DNA of 64,000 nucleotides from the NCBI GenBank assembly GCA_963695855.1, contig CAVOHZ010000010.1, positions 192,001 to 256,000 of the forward strand. The letters run 5' to 3'. The notes beneath the pieces were generated by a model, which searched no databases, was not told the DNA's origin, and saw only the letters and a list, made by a program, of their open reading frames with translations. This stretch comes from an uncultured Nitrososphaerales archaeon (lineage in GTDB: Archaea > Thermoproteota > Nitrososphaeria > Nitrososphaerales > Nitrososphaeraceae). The first letter of the stretch is position 1. Every line of letters begins with the position of its first letter. Shown one piece after another: positions 11,196 to 21,874 of the stretch. Position numbers and translations under genes: made by a program.

Positions 11196-11900
11196 TTGGA
11201 TGCAATTAAAGTCTTTGCAATAGATATTGATGGTACTTTGACCGAAAATGGTGAAGGAATGTTACACTTACCTGCAATTCAAAATTTCAGAACTCTAGAG
11301 AAATTAGGGTACAAAATAGTATATGTGACGGGACGTTCCTCAGTCGAAGCATTAGTGTTAGCTGTTTTTGGAGGCACTACTAGAGTTGCAGTCGGAGAGA
11401 ACGGTGGAGTAGTTACCACTGGTCCGACCGAACATATAATATTAGGAAATAAAGAGGAATGTGTAAGAGGTTATAATATTCTTAAAAAATCTCTAAATGG
11501 GGTAAGAATGAAAAGAGTATTTAATAGACTCTCAGAAGTGGTCTTGGAAAGATCTTTTGATCTTAAAACTGCCCAAAAGGTTTTTGATCAGAATAATCTT
11601 GATCTTAATTTAATAGATAGTAAATTTGCTTTTCACATCAACAGTAAAAATGTAAACAAGGCATATGGATTCAGAATAGCATTACAAATAATGAATGTCA
11701 AACCTTCGGAAACCATAGCTATCGGAGATAGTGAAACAGACATTCCGTTATTTGACTACTGCGGTTATAGTATAGCTCTTAACCACTCAGACGACTATGT
11801 TAAATCAAAGGCAGATTATGTAGTTAAGGGCTATAGTGGCGCTGGCCTGGTTGAAGCATTGGATCATATTGCATTAAAATTTCTTGGTGAGATAAAATAA
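11196..11900 (+). CDS. HAD-superfamily phosphoglycolate phosphatase (archaeal type)
   Basis: DIDGTLT, TGRS, ENGG, NKAYG, IGDSETD. Confidence 0.9.
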   Translation: MDAIKVFAIDIDGTLTENGEGMLHLPAIQNFRTLEKLGYKIVYVTGRSSVEALVLAVFGGTTRVAVGENGGVVTTGPTEHIILGNKEECVRGYNILKKSLNGVRMKRVFNRLSEVVLERSFDLKTAQKVFDQNNLDLNLIDSKFAFHINSKNVNKAYGFRIALQIMNVKPSETIAIGDSETDIPLFDYCGYSIALNHSDDYVKSKADYVVKGYSGAGLVEALDHIALKFLGEIK

Positions 11901-13934
11901 ATGACATTTTCAAAAGTTATTGAGGAAATTAAAAATTTGTTATCGTTATCATTTTCGGAATTGAATTATCCGCCTATTGAATATGACGTTACAGAACCTC
12001 CATTAAAGGAATTTGGGGATTTAACATCTAACATAGCTTTTTTGCTTGGAAAGAAATTAAAAAGAAAACCTAGCTCTATAGCATATGAGATTGTTGAAAA
12101 AGTATTACTTCCAAGAATCGATACTAATAGTAACGACAGGAGATCTCTTGTTCTTTCTGTACAAGCGCATATTGCAGGACATATAAATTTTAAAATTAAT
12201 TACGAGTTATTCAGCAAGTTCCTACTAGAGATATTAGATGAAGAAAAAGTGCAATTTTTAAATGTAGGTAAAGGACAAAGAATTACTATAGAACACACAA
12301 GTGTCAATCCAAATAAGGCTATTCATATTGGACACTTGAGAAATATGGTTATTGGCGACACTCTTTACAGGATTTTTAAATCTACCAATCATCATGTTAC
12401 AGTCCTCAACTATATCGATGATTCAGGTGTGCAGTTTGCAGATATTATTGTCGCTTTTCGATTTGGAGGATTTGAAATTGATCCTCCAGATAAAAATATC
12501 AAATTTGATCACTATTGCGGAGACATATATGTAAAGATGAATGAAATCTATCAGAATAATCCGAATCTAGTAGAGAAAAGAACATGGATAATCAAAGAAA
12601 TTGAAAAAGGAAATAATGAGATATCTACGTTTACATGGAATATTGTGAAGAAAGTTATCTTAGAACAGTTAAAAACATGTTGGAGAATGAAAGCAAGATA
12701 TGATATCTTAAACATAGAATCACAGATATTAGTTTCTGGATTATGGGAACAAACTTTTAATTTGTTGAAAGAAAGAGAAATAATTAGATATATCAGAGAG
12801 GGAAGAAATAAAGACTGCTGGGTAATTCAGCCAGAAAATGAAGAAGAAAAAGTTATAGTTAGAAGTGATGGTACTGCTACTTATATTGCCAAAGATATCC
12901 CTTATGCTACTTGGAAGTTGGGTCTAGTCATAGACCCGTTTGTATATACGGTATTTGCCGAACAATGGGATGGAACTAAATTATTCAAGACCGACATTCT
13001 AGACCACATAAACAATTTTCATGATAACAGCGAATTAAATGAAAAAAAAGACAACGATGACGACAAGACCAATAACAATAAAAAAAATAGTAAAAATGGT
13101 AATATAATAGGAATAGAGGAGGACCATCAAATTTTTTCTCAATTACCTAACAAGGTAATTACACTAATAGACTCAAGACAAGCACGTTTACAAAACATTA
13201 TTTCTCAGATAATTCGAAAGCTAGACACAAATTCTCAAAGATATTACTATTTAGGATATGAAACAGTTGCTTTAAGCCATCAAACGGTTGAAGAGATGGG
13301 CATACAAACGCAAAATAAAGACAAACGTATAATTCACATGTCAGGAAGAAAAGGAATTTTCGTAAATGCAGACAACATCATCGATGAATTGAGTAAAAAA
13401 GCGTTCGTAGAAATAAAGTCTAGAAATTCACATTTGATTGATTCTGACATTGAAGTTATTGCTGAAGGGATAGCAGTATCAGCGTTAAGATATAGTTTAA
13501 TTAAACAGGACCTAGAAAAAATGATTACTTTTGACATCAAAGATGCGCTAAATCTTGATGGAGATACGTCCCTGTACTTACAGTATTCATATGCCAGAGC
13601 TATTAGAATTATAGAAAAAGCAGAAAATATTGAAAAAGAGGAGGAGGTAAAATTACATTTGTTAAATCAAGATATCGAGAAAGAATTGATAAAGGATATC
13701 CTCAAATATGAGATGATGGTTGGAGATGCTCTTAGAACCCTTAGTCCCAAAGTTATCGCACGGTATTCCAACAGAATAGCTACAAAGTTCAACATATTCT
13801 ATGAAAGTATTCCTGTACTCAATGAACAAAACAAAGAAATCATGATCGCGAGACTGACATTGGTAAATTCATTTGCTATTGTATTGAAAGCACTATTTTT
13901 ACTATTAGGTATCGAACCATTCAAAAGAATATAG
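11901..13934 (+). CDS. argS: Arginyl-tRNA synthetase
   Basis: FGDLTSN, EHTSVNPNKAIHIGHLRN (HIGH), RSDGTATY, MSGRKG, YLQYSYAR. Confidence 0.96.
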   Translation: MTFSKVIEEIKNLLSLSFSELNYPPIEYDVTEPPLKEFGDLTSNIAFLLGKKLKRKPSSIAYEIVEKVLLPRIDTNSNDRRSLVLSVQAHIAGHINFKINYELFSKFLLEILDEEKVQFLNVGKGQRITIEHTSVNPNKAIHIGHLRNMVIGDTLYRIFKSTNHHVTVLNYIDDSGVQFADIIVAFRFGGFEIDPPDKNIKFDHYCGDIYVKMNEIYQNNPNLVEKRTWIIKEIEKGNNEISTFTWNIVKKVILEQLKTCWRMKARYDILNIESQILVSGLWEQTFNLLKEREIIRYIREGRNKDCWVIQPENEEEKVIVRSDGTATYIAKDIPYATWKLGLVIDPFVYTVFAEQWDGTKLFKTDILDHINNFHDNSELNEKKDNDDDKTNNNKKNSKNGNIIGIEEDHQIFSQLPNKVITLIDSRQARLQNIISQIIRKLDTNSQRYYYLGYETVALSHQTVEEMGIQTQNKDKRIIHMSGRKGIFVNADNIIDELSKKAFVEIKSRNSHLIDSDIEVIAEGIAVSALRYSLIKQDLEKMITFDIKDALNLDGDTSLYLQYSYARAIRIIEKAENIEKEEEVKLHLLNQDIEKELIKDILKYEMMVGDALRTLSPKVIARYSNRIATKFNIFYESIPVLNEQNKEIMIARLTLVNSFAIVLKALFLLLGIEPFKRI

Positions 13935-14013
13935 AAAATCAAACAAATTATTAGTCGCTAGAAATTTATCATTTATAACAAATATTAATTGAAAAAAAAG
14001 ATCATAGAAAAAT

Positions 14014-14826
14014 ATGAAGATAACAGAAGGAAGTTACGTTCTACTATTCCATAGTCCGAGAAAAAAATGGTTAGTAAAAGCAGAACAAGATAAAAAGATG
14101 CATACCCATCTTGGAATAATAGATCTGTCTTTAATATTGGGGATGGAGTATGGAGCGACCGTAATGACGAGTTTAGAAAAAAAGATCTATTTGATAGAGC
14201 CAACTATTCATGACTTTGTTATGAAATCTGAGAGAAATACTCAGATAGTTTATCCCAAAGACCTTGGTTTCATTGCCATAAGAACAGGAATCCAGAATGG
14301 TTCCAAAGTATTAGAGATTGGAACAGGGAGTGGGGCTTTAACTACTTTTCTTGCTAGCATAGTTAAACCAAATGGCCATATATTTACCTACGATGTCAAC
14401 CCTGAATTTATGAAAATTGCCAAGAAAAACATGATCAAATCAAAAATCGATGGATTTGTAACAATGCATCAATACGATGTCCATGAGGGTCTTGATTTAA
14501 CAGATATGGATGTCGCAATTGTAGATCTGGGAGATCCTTGGACACTAGTAGAAGAGGTATACAAAGCATTGAAAGGGAGTGGGGCTTTTCTAGCAATATG
14601 TCCTACTATGAATCAAGCTGAAAAGACAGCTATTGCTTTAAAAGAAAATAATTTTACAGACATAGAATGTGTAGAGATCTTAATTAGAAATATAGAGGCA
14701 AGAGAAGGGATGTCAAGACCATCTATGAGAATGATAGGTCATACGACATATCTGATATTTGCAAGAAAGATCTTTCCGATGGTTAAGCCAGATAACATAT
14801 TGAAATTGAATGAAAAACGAGAATGA
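14014..14826 (+). CDS. trmI: tRNA (adenine-N1)-methyltransferase
   Basis: TQIVYPKD, VLEIGTGSGALT, DLGDPW, RPSMRMIGHTTY. Confidence 0.93.
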   Translation: MKITEGSYVLLFHSPRKKWLVKAEQDKKMHTHLGIIDLSLILGMEYGATVMTSLEKKIYLIEPTIHDFVMKSERNTQIVYPKDLGFIAIRTGIQNGSKVLEIGTGSGALTTFLASIVKPNGHIFTYDVNPEFMKIAKKNMIKSKIDGFVTMHQYDVHEGLDLTDMDVAIVDLGDPWTLVEEVYKALKGSGAFLAICPTMNQAEKTAIALKENNFTDIECVEILIRNIEAREGMSRPSMRMIGHTTYLIFARKIFPMVKPDNILKLNEKRE

Positions 14827-14909
14827 CAGTTAAATAACAATATTTTCAGAAGATAAGTTTTGTAATTATTATTATATTGTTTTCCGATCAAAAAAAGAAG
14901 TGAATCAGG

Positions 14910-15383
14910 CTATTTTTCCATTGGACCCATCATGCCCATTTGACCAGGCATTGATTTCAAACCAGAATGGACCTTGTGCATGAATTCCTCTATTGTCATC
15001 TGGCTAGTTTCCAATATCTGTCCATGTCCCGCGTCAGTTACTACCTTTGTAACGTGATTATTTTCATCTATAACATACGTAATGTAAACTAGGTATCCAT
15101 TTACTGGATGAATAAATGAGGCTATTGCAGATGATTTTTCACCGACATACTGTTGTGCAGTAGATGTAGCATTAGATAGAGTGACATGGATAAGAGGGTC
15201 AAAAGCATTTCTGATTACTGATACTATATCTATAGAACCTGTCCAATTTGCTTGTGGAGTACTAGTCATATTGTTCATTGGTTGGCCATTTGCATTAGAG
15301 ACTATGCTGCTACCAGCTGCTAAGAATGAGATGGCAACAATAGAAGCCATCATTAAGATTCCTAAATTCCTTTTGCGTTGCAT
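14910..15383 (-). CDS. Secreted protein with PepSY-like domain and Met-rich tail
   Basis: N-terminal signal peptide; VTLSNATSTA...NGYLVY...VVTDAGHGQIL resembles PepSY. Confidence 0.55.
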   Translation of the reverse strand: MQRKRNLGILMMASIVAISFLAAGSSIVSNANGQPMNNMTSTPQANWTGSIDIVSVIRNAFDPLIHVTLSNATSTAQQYVGEKSSAIASFIHPVNGYLVYITYVIDENNHVTKVVTDAGHGQILETSQMTIEEFMHKVHSGLKSMPGQMGMMGPMEK

Positions 15384-15532
15384 AATTAAATATTAGAAAA
15401 CTTTACTAAAAAATATTTCTAAAGGTTTAATAAATAAGATGATGACGGATATACTTTTGTAAAAAAGTCATACGATGCGGAATAAAAATAAAAAATACAA
15501 AAAAAGAAAGATATCTTTATAGAAATAAGAAA

Positions 15533-16036
15533 TTAGGATTCCAGAAAAGATCTGAGCATCCAAGCCATCTTTTCATGTTCTTCCATTATTCCGGTCAAGA
15601 AATCTGTAGTTCCTGCGTCACCAAGTTTATCACAAGTTTCTAAATCTTTTCTCAGTTGTCGTACAATAGTTTCATGATCATTTAACAAATTTTCAAGCAT
15701 TCTGTCTGCACTGGTAAAAATATTTGGATATTCAGCGGGATTTTCTTTTAATCTAGTTATTTGTAAAAATTCTGTCATAGTTGCTATAGTTTTTCCCCCG
15801 ATCGATCTCACTCTCTCCGCTACTTCATCTACAATTTCAGATATTTGACCATATTGTTCGTCAAAAAATTTGTGTAGATCGTTAAATCGTGGATCGACTA
15901 CATTCCAATGATAATTCTTTGTCTTGGTTAATAGCAAATATTCATCGGCTAGAATAGCATTCAATATCCCAATTATCTTTTCAACTGATCCATCATCTAG
16001 TCCTATCTTGATTTTTTTAGAAATAATATCACTCAT
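15533..16036 (-). CDS. dps: Dps DNA-protecting miniferritin
   Basis: KTKNYHWNV, LHKFFDEQY, DEVAERVRSIG, EKMAWML; likely start ATG 16036. Confidence 0.95.
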   Translation of the reverse strand: MSDIISKKIKIGLDDGSVEKIIGILNAILADEYLLLTKTKNYHWNVVDPRFNDLHKFFDEQYGQISEIVDEVAERVRSIGGKTIATMTEFLQITRLKENPAEYPNIFTSADRMLENLLNDHETIVRQLRKDLETCDKLGDAGTTDFLTGIMEEHEKMAWMLRSFLES

Positions 16037-16114
16037 AATTATAAAAAAGGTCAGACCACTAATAAGCATTTGTTAAAAGTTAAATATCCTTATTGTATCA
16101 AGGCTCTAACATTA

Positions 16115-17188
16115 TTATGGAATAAGACTTAGAGAAATCAGTGTTCTCCATGATCTATTTTCAAAAACACGAGGATTTAGCCCTCTGATATTTACCTTAT
16201 GAGACATTCTTTTTGATAAATATAGGCCTAATGAACCTAATAGTCTCCACAATCGACTGTTTGGATTTGATAGAAATGAATTCAATGCCAATTTTATAAT
16301 AGAATATGTTGATCTATGATTTTCTGATACATAATCTAACAGTGAATCCTTTGAGGATGACAAAATGTAATGTGCATGTTCAAAAAGTTCTTTTTTGAGA
16401 GCATAATCACTTCTTTGAATTTTTACAGATCCCTTCAACATGCCTTCTAAAATTGAATCAAGGTTGTTTTCGGACTCAATAGTATTGATACAACGTCCAA
16501 GGGTGGAATCAATGTGAGAATCACTTCCCGCAACTGATATCATGTTTTTTTCTTCGGCAAATTTAGCAGCAGCGATATTAGAATAACTATCGATATTGTT
16601 ACTGTTAAAAGATTCGATCAGATCGCATTCCATTGCTTTCTCTCTTATTCCATTCGATACAGCAAAAGGGTGAGCTGCACATGAAACTCCGTTTTGTCTC
16701 TTTATTTCATCGAGAGTTTCATCTATTGTCATTCCTGGTTTTACTGTTTTATTAATTCCATAAGCTAAAATATGACCTTTTGTATCAACTGTAATCTCTT
16801 CTGCAGGATAAATAGTTAAGTTCTTATATTTTTTGTGGTTTTCTTTGTAATCGCATATTTGTTTGTAACCATTAAGGGTGTTGTGATTGGTAACAAACAA
16901 TATGTCTATATTCTTCTCATAAGCCAATTCTAGCTGCTTTTCCATAGTTACACCACAATCATATGGTATTCGAGTTGAACAGTTCATAAAATTAGAGAAA
17001 GTGTTATGACAATGTAATTCCATTCTTAATAACCGAGTCGTATCTAGTAACCAGTAATCCTTAAATGGAATCTCTAATATATCATTATCTGAACCCAATT
17101 TTTTAAATATTATTAATTTTTGATTATCAGAGATAGATTTTTCTGTATATTGAAATAGCACGATCGCTCGAAAATCAAGAATGTTCAA
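16115..17188 (-). CDS. PHP-domain metallophosphoesterase
   Basis: ELHCHNTFS, VTNHN, GHILAYG, AAHPF, AGSDSH; true start possibly downstream. Confidence 0.85.
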   Translation of the reverse strand: MNILDFRAIVLFQYTEKSISDNQKLIIFKKLGSDNDILEIPFKDYWLLDTTRLLRMELHCHNTFSNFMNCSTRIPYDCGVTMEKQLELAYEKNIDILFVTNHNTLNGYKQICDYKENHKKYKNLTIYPAEEITVDTKGHILAYGINKTVKPGMTIDETLDEIKRQNGVSCAAHPFAVSNGIREKAMECDLIESFNSNNIDSYSNIAAAKFAEEKNMISVAGSDSHIDSTLGRCINTIESENNLDSILEGMLKGSVKIQRSDYALKKELFEHAHYILSSSKDSLLDYVSENHRSTYSIIKLALNSFLSNPNSRLWRLLGSLGLYLSKRMSHKVNIRGLNPRVFENRSWRTLISLSLIP

Positions 17189-17769
17189 GGTTTGTAGGAA
17201 AATGCTATTGTATTTTTACTATTCTTCTTTCCAGTTTTATTAGATTTTTCTTAAATTATTATAAATAATATTTCTTCCTTTATTTTTTATATTAATTTTT
17301 TATTGTATCTTCTTTTGAGCAAACTGGTATCTCTATATAAATGATGTCTATATAAAATATAATTACATGTTTAATATTTACTTCTCAAATTTTGAGATTC
17401 TTCTTCGAATATCTTAAGTGTCTTTTAAGATAAACATATATTTGTTATTTGTCAATAGTGCTAACTTAGCTGCAATTTAAATTTATTTATTTTCTTTTCC
17501 ACATCAAATATAATAATTTTAATTTTTATAACAATATAACTTAAATTTGAAATCTGAGATTCTTATTAATTATCCTAGTTTTCCCTATTGTATTTTAGAT
17601 ATTTTCTGTGATTCCATAAATCTTGCCTTTAGTGGTTTTTTGTCTTATTATTTCATTTTTTTTAAATATATGTGTTAAATAAAAGCACATTTTGTTGAAG
17701 ATATGGCAATATATTATAAAATGGTATAAATAACTAGAAATATTGATAAACCGCTGAATTTTTATCTAT

Positions 17770-18807
17770 CTATACAGTATTTTTGGCTAGAAACTTTACT
17801 AGATCCACTAGTCTGCATGCAAAACTCCATTCGTTATCGTACCATGAAAGAATCTTGACGTATTTTCCCTTATTGTTTATTACCATTGTACTTAATCCAT
17901 CAACTATTGATGAATGACTATCTCCTATGATATCAGAGGAAACAATAGGTTCCTCTGTATAAGATAATATTTCCTTTAGATCCTCTTTAGATGCTTTCTT
18001 TAGCTCATTATTAATTTCATCTCTTGTGACTTCCTTTTTTAAGTTTAGAACCATATCAGATATAGAACCGTTATTGACTGGAACTCGTAATGCCAGTCCA
18101 TCAATTTTTCCTTCGAGTTCGGGAATTACTGTTCCTATTGCCCTAGCTGCTCCAGTAGTCGTAGGAATAATCGACATCATCGCAGATCGCGAACGCCGAA
18201 GGTCTTTATGATAAGAATCTAAAAGTCTTTGATCGTTAGTATAAGCATGAGTAGTTGTCATGTAACCATTTTCTATTCCAAATTTATCATTTATAACTTT
18301 GATCACTGGGGCTATACAATTTGTAGTACATGACGCCATCGAAATAATATTATGTTTTTGATTCTCATAAATTTGATTATTAACGCCCATAATTAGTGTC
18401 GCATCTGGATTTTTGGCAGGAGCCGAAATAATTACTTTTTTTGCGCCAGAGAGTAAATGCTTCTGCGCGTTCTCATTATCGTTGAACTTTCCGGTTGATT
18501 CCAAGACAAAAAAAATGTTTAAATCCTTCCATGGAAGCTTAGAGGGATCCCTTTCAGAAATAATATTTATCCTTTTTTCTTTATTTATTATCAAGATCTT
18601 TTCAGTTTCGTCTATTTCAATATCTCCTTCAAATTTACCAAATGTAGAATCATACTTGAAGAGATGAGATAGTTCCTTTAAATTTGTCAGATCGTTGATC
18701 GCCTTTACTTCAATGATATTGTTAAATTCTTTGTCAAGAAGAGATGATTTTAGAAAAGTACGTCCTATTCTTCCAAAACCATTGATAGCTAGGTTAAACT
18801 TTGCCAT
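17770..18807 (-). CDS. gap: Glyceraldehyde-3-phosphate dehydrogenase, class I (bacterial/eukaryal type)
   Basis: INGFGRIGR, INDL, KYDSTFG, ASCTTNC, IIPTTTGAA, RVPV, WYDNE. Confidence 0.95.
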   Translation of the reverse strand: MAKFNLAINGFGRIGRTFLKSSLLDKEFNNIIEVKAINDLTNLKELSHLFKYDSTFGKFEGDIEIDETEKILIINKEKRINIISERDPSKLPWKDLNIFFVLESTGKFNDNENAQKHLLSGAKKVIISAPAKNPDATLIMGVNNQIYENQKHNIISMASCTTNCIAPVIKVINDKFGIENGYMTTTHAYTNDQRLLDSYHKDLRRSRSAMMSIIPTTTGAARAIGTVIPELEGKIDGLALRVPVNNGSISDMVLNLKKEVTRDEINNELKKASKEDLKEILSYTEEPIVSSDIIGDSHSSIVDGLSTMVINNKGKYVKILSWYDNEWSFACRLVDLVKFLAKNTV

Positions 18808-18897
18808 ATTATGATTACTAGTTTTTATTCTCTATTAAGGCATTTTCTAATTCAATCAATAAATATAATTTATTTACTAGATTATCACAAGAGCAGT

Positions 18898-19368
18898 ATG
18901 AATGAAAATAAAAGGTTTTCAAAAATTTTAGTTCCCATTGATGGTTCTGAACATTCATTTCATGCATCTCAAGTTGCCCTCAAGATAGCAGAAAAATTCA
19001 GTGCCAAAGTCATTTGTTTATATGTTATTGTATCTCCATCGCCGCAAGAATATGTCAACTTGACAGGACTTGTTACCCCAAAACAAATCGAAAGGATAAT
19101 TGATAACGCAAAGGAAGAATCCAGGGAGTGGTTTGAAAGGATCAGCAAATATGCAAAGGAAGACAAGGTACAAATTGAGATAACAACAGAAGTTATTTTG
19201 ACTGGTTTGGCTGCATATGGTGAAATAATCCAATTTGCTGAAAAGGAAAAAATAGATTTGATAGTTATTGGGACAAGAGGTACAACTGGATTTAAAAAGT
19301 TACTCTTGGGTAGTACTGCATCAGGAGTAGTAACTTATGCTCATTGTCCAGTCATGGTGGTAAAATAA
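18898..19368 (+). CDS. Universal stress protein (USP) 1
   Basis: KILVPIDGS, DLIVIGTRG...LLGSTA...HCPVMVVK. Confidence 0.93.
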   Translation: MNENKRFSKILVPIDGSEHSFHASQVALKIAEKFSAKVICLYVIVSPSPQEYVNLTGLVTPKQIERIIDNAKEESREWFERISKYAKEDKVQIEITTEVILTGLAAYGEIIQFAEKEKIDLIVIGTRGTTGFKKLLLGSTASGVVTYAHCPVMVVK

Positions 19369-19811
19369 AGAATATTCCCTGCCTACATCCTCATTTCCAC
19401 ACTGACCTAGTTTTCACGTACCTTGGATTAGATTGTGCTGGTTGTAATTTTGTTTCGTCTACCGTTATAAATTAAGATAAATTTGTAAAGCTAATAACAA
19501 ATTCGCATTTTTTTTGTTGAATTATTTTGTTTGATGTTGATAAAAGATACCAGTTTGTTTTTTTGGAAACATATTCAACATATATATTTTTGTTATATAT
19601 GAGAATTATCAAAAAAAGATAATGATTTGTTTCCATTCAAATAATACAGGTATATTGACCATCAGTTTCCCTTTCAGATAGTGGCTTTGTTCCGTTCAAA
19701 TTTAGAATGAAAAGTAAAGCATCATTCTATAAGGATTCCCAGACGTATTTTTTTGGTTATTTGTGTATTAATAATGGTAAGTATTTCAATTAAATTCTTA
19801 AATTTAAAATA

Positions 19812-19849
19812 AAATGTAAAAGATAATAATAAATGTAAAAGATAATAAT
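19812..19849. repeat. Perfect 19-bp tandem duplication (AAATGTAAAAGATAATAAT x2)
   Basis: 19812-19830 equals 19831-19849. Confidence 0.85.
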
Positions 19850-19871
19850 GATAGCTTTACTAATCAAACAT

Positions 19872-20327
19872 ATGGATAAATTTACAAAAATACTAGCACC
19901 GATTGATGGGTCAGAACCTTCTATGCATGCTGCAAAATATGCCATATCGTTCGCAAAAAAATTTTCGTCCGAAATATATATCGTATCAGTAGTACCGTCT
20001 AAGATAAAATATGGAGATTCTTCTGGTTTTTTCGGCATGGTTCCTCCTAAATACTTTGACAATTATAAAAAGGAAGCTGAAATATGGTTTGATAAGGTAA
20101 AAAAAGGATTAGAAAATAGTGAAAGTAAAAATATAAAGATAAATACAGAAGTAATAACAAGTCCACTTTCTATCTCTGGCACTATTTTGCAATATGCCGA
20201 AAATTTGAACATCGATCTTATCGTCATGGGAACCAAAGGTAGAACAGGATTCAAAAAATTATTAATCGGAAGTACTGCACAAGAAATAATAACTTATGCA
20301 GATTGTGCAGTATTAGTGATTAGATAA
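19872..20327 (+). CDS. Universal stress protein (USP) 2
   Basis: KILAPIDGS, DLIVMGTKGRTG...LIGSTA. Confidence 0.93.
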   Translation: MDKFTKILAPIDGSEPSMHAAKYAISFAKKFSSEIYIVSVVPSKIKYGDSSGFFGMVPPKYFDNYKKEAEIWFDKVKKGLENSESKNIKINTEVITSPLSISGTILQYAENLNIDLIVMGTKGRTGFKKLLIGSTAQEIITYADCAVLVIR

Positions 20328-20537
20328 ACCCTTTTTAATTATTTTATTAATAGATTCAAAACTATCTACGAAAATAACAAAAGATAACTATCAATTCTTT
20401 TGAAGCATTTTTCATATAAATTAGAAGTGTCGATGTCTACTATAGTTGGTAGGATATTCACTATTATTTTCCATTATACAAATATCAAGAGATGACGGAT
20501 TAAATCATTATATGTGACAAAGTTAACAATTATCTAA

Positions 20538-21380
20538 ATGGACGAGAAAGAAGAAGTAATTGCGGAGATGAGGCATGATATAAACCTTAGATCAAATGAT
20601 GGTAAAACTCTTGTATATTCGACTCCCGAATTTAAGAACATTGTATTAAAAAATCCTATTTTAATTGCAGGATTTCCTGGTCCTGGACTGGTGGGTTCTA
20701 TATCTGTAAATTATATGATAGAAAAATTGCAGATCAGACAGATTGGATGTGTAGAATCTGAGTTTATCATTCCTGGAGTTATATATTATGATGGAAGATT
20801 GAGACATCCATTTAGACTCTATTCAAATCATGAAGGCTCTTTATGTGTACTAGTATGTGAAGCGCCAATTTTGATAAGAGGAATAAGTTCCGTGTTAAAT
20901 CTTGTAATGAAATGGTGTAATAATAATAATGTACAGGAAGTTCTGGTGCTAGGAGGATATTCTAGACCCGGTCTGGATGATTCAAAGAGAGAACCTTATA
21001 TATTTTCAAGTATAAATGAAGATAACGTACAAAAAACAAGTTTTGACAGAAAAATAATCAAGACTTATCTAGAACCGACTACTTTTATCGGAGGAATACC
21101 GGGGGGTTTATTATCATCCTCTCTTGCAAACAACATTCCATGTACTGCATTATTCATTCCAACACGAGATGACCTACCAGACGCGGAAGGTGCTGCTATC
21201 ATAATAGAAGAAATTAATAGAATAACTAAGGATGAAAAGCTAAGGGTCGATACAGCTCAATTAAGAGAAGAAGGAGAAAATTTGAAAAAAAGAATGTTAG
21301 AATTTATTGAATCTCTCCGCAAAGAAGTTTCTAGAGTACAGAAGGCATCGGGGGAGGCAGAGCCAATTATTTATGGATAA
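20538..21380 (+). CDS. PAC2-family proteasome assembly chaperone
   Basis: LIAGFPGPGLVG, RHPFRLY, PDAEGAA, C-terminal IYG. Confidence 0.88.
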   Translation: MDEKEEVIAEMRHDINLRSNDGKTLVYSTPEFKNIVLKNPILIAGFPGPGLVGSISVNYMIEKLQIRQIGCVESEFIIPGVIYYDGRLRHPFRLYSNHEGSLCVLVCEAPILIRGISSVLNLVMKWCNNNNVQEVLVLGGYSRPGLDDSKREPYIFSSINEDNVQKTSFDRKIIKTYLEPTTFIGGIPGGLLSSSLANNIPCTALFIPTRDDLPDAEGAAIIIEEINRITKDEKLRVDTAQLREEGENLKKRMLEFIESLRKEVSRVQKASGEAEPIIYG

Positions 21381-21874
21381 GCAGAAAAAAGTATCGATAT
21401 TTTCTAGCCACATATCCAATAGATTGTGTTAATTTACAGACTGGATGATTATTCAAAAAATGGCACAGGATATTAGTAGTTATAAATCGATTAAATTATT
21501 TTTTAAAGTAAAAATGGGCCAAAATGGATACAAATTATATGATTAATCAAATATTTGGTTTTATTTTTTGCGAGAAGATTTAAAGAAATGAAATTACAGA
21601 ATGTAAGTTAAATTAAATCCAGTCATATCCAGAGCTTCAAATAAATAAATTATAAGGAAGAACATATCTTGCGATCTGTACATTACGATGTCTCTTCCTG
21701 ATTAACTTATGTACTAGTAAAATAGCAATATTAATTTAATGATATGATTTTAATGGTTTTTTGTATGCTTTTGGTTTTCTATAGTTTTTTTGCCAATTAC
21801 AATTTTTTTCTTTTGTTGAATTATGTTTTGCATTTTTATCTTTTAATTATAAGAGATTAAAAAAATAAAATACA

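Noticed and set aside
17190-17769. 580-bp very AT-rich gap, considered as replication origin or ncRNA
   Set aside because: No ORB-like repeats, no adjacent cdc6/orc1, no GC-rich structured segment
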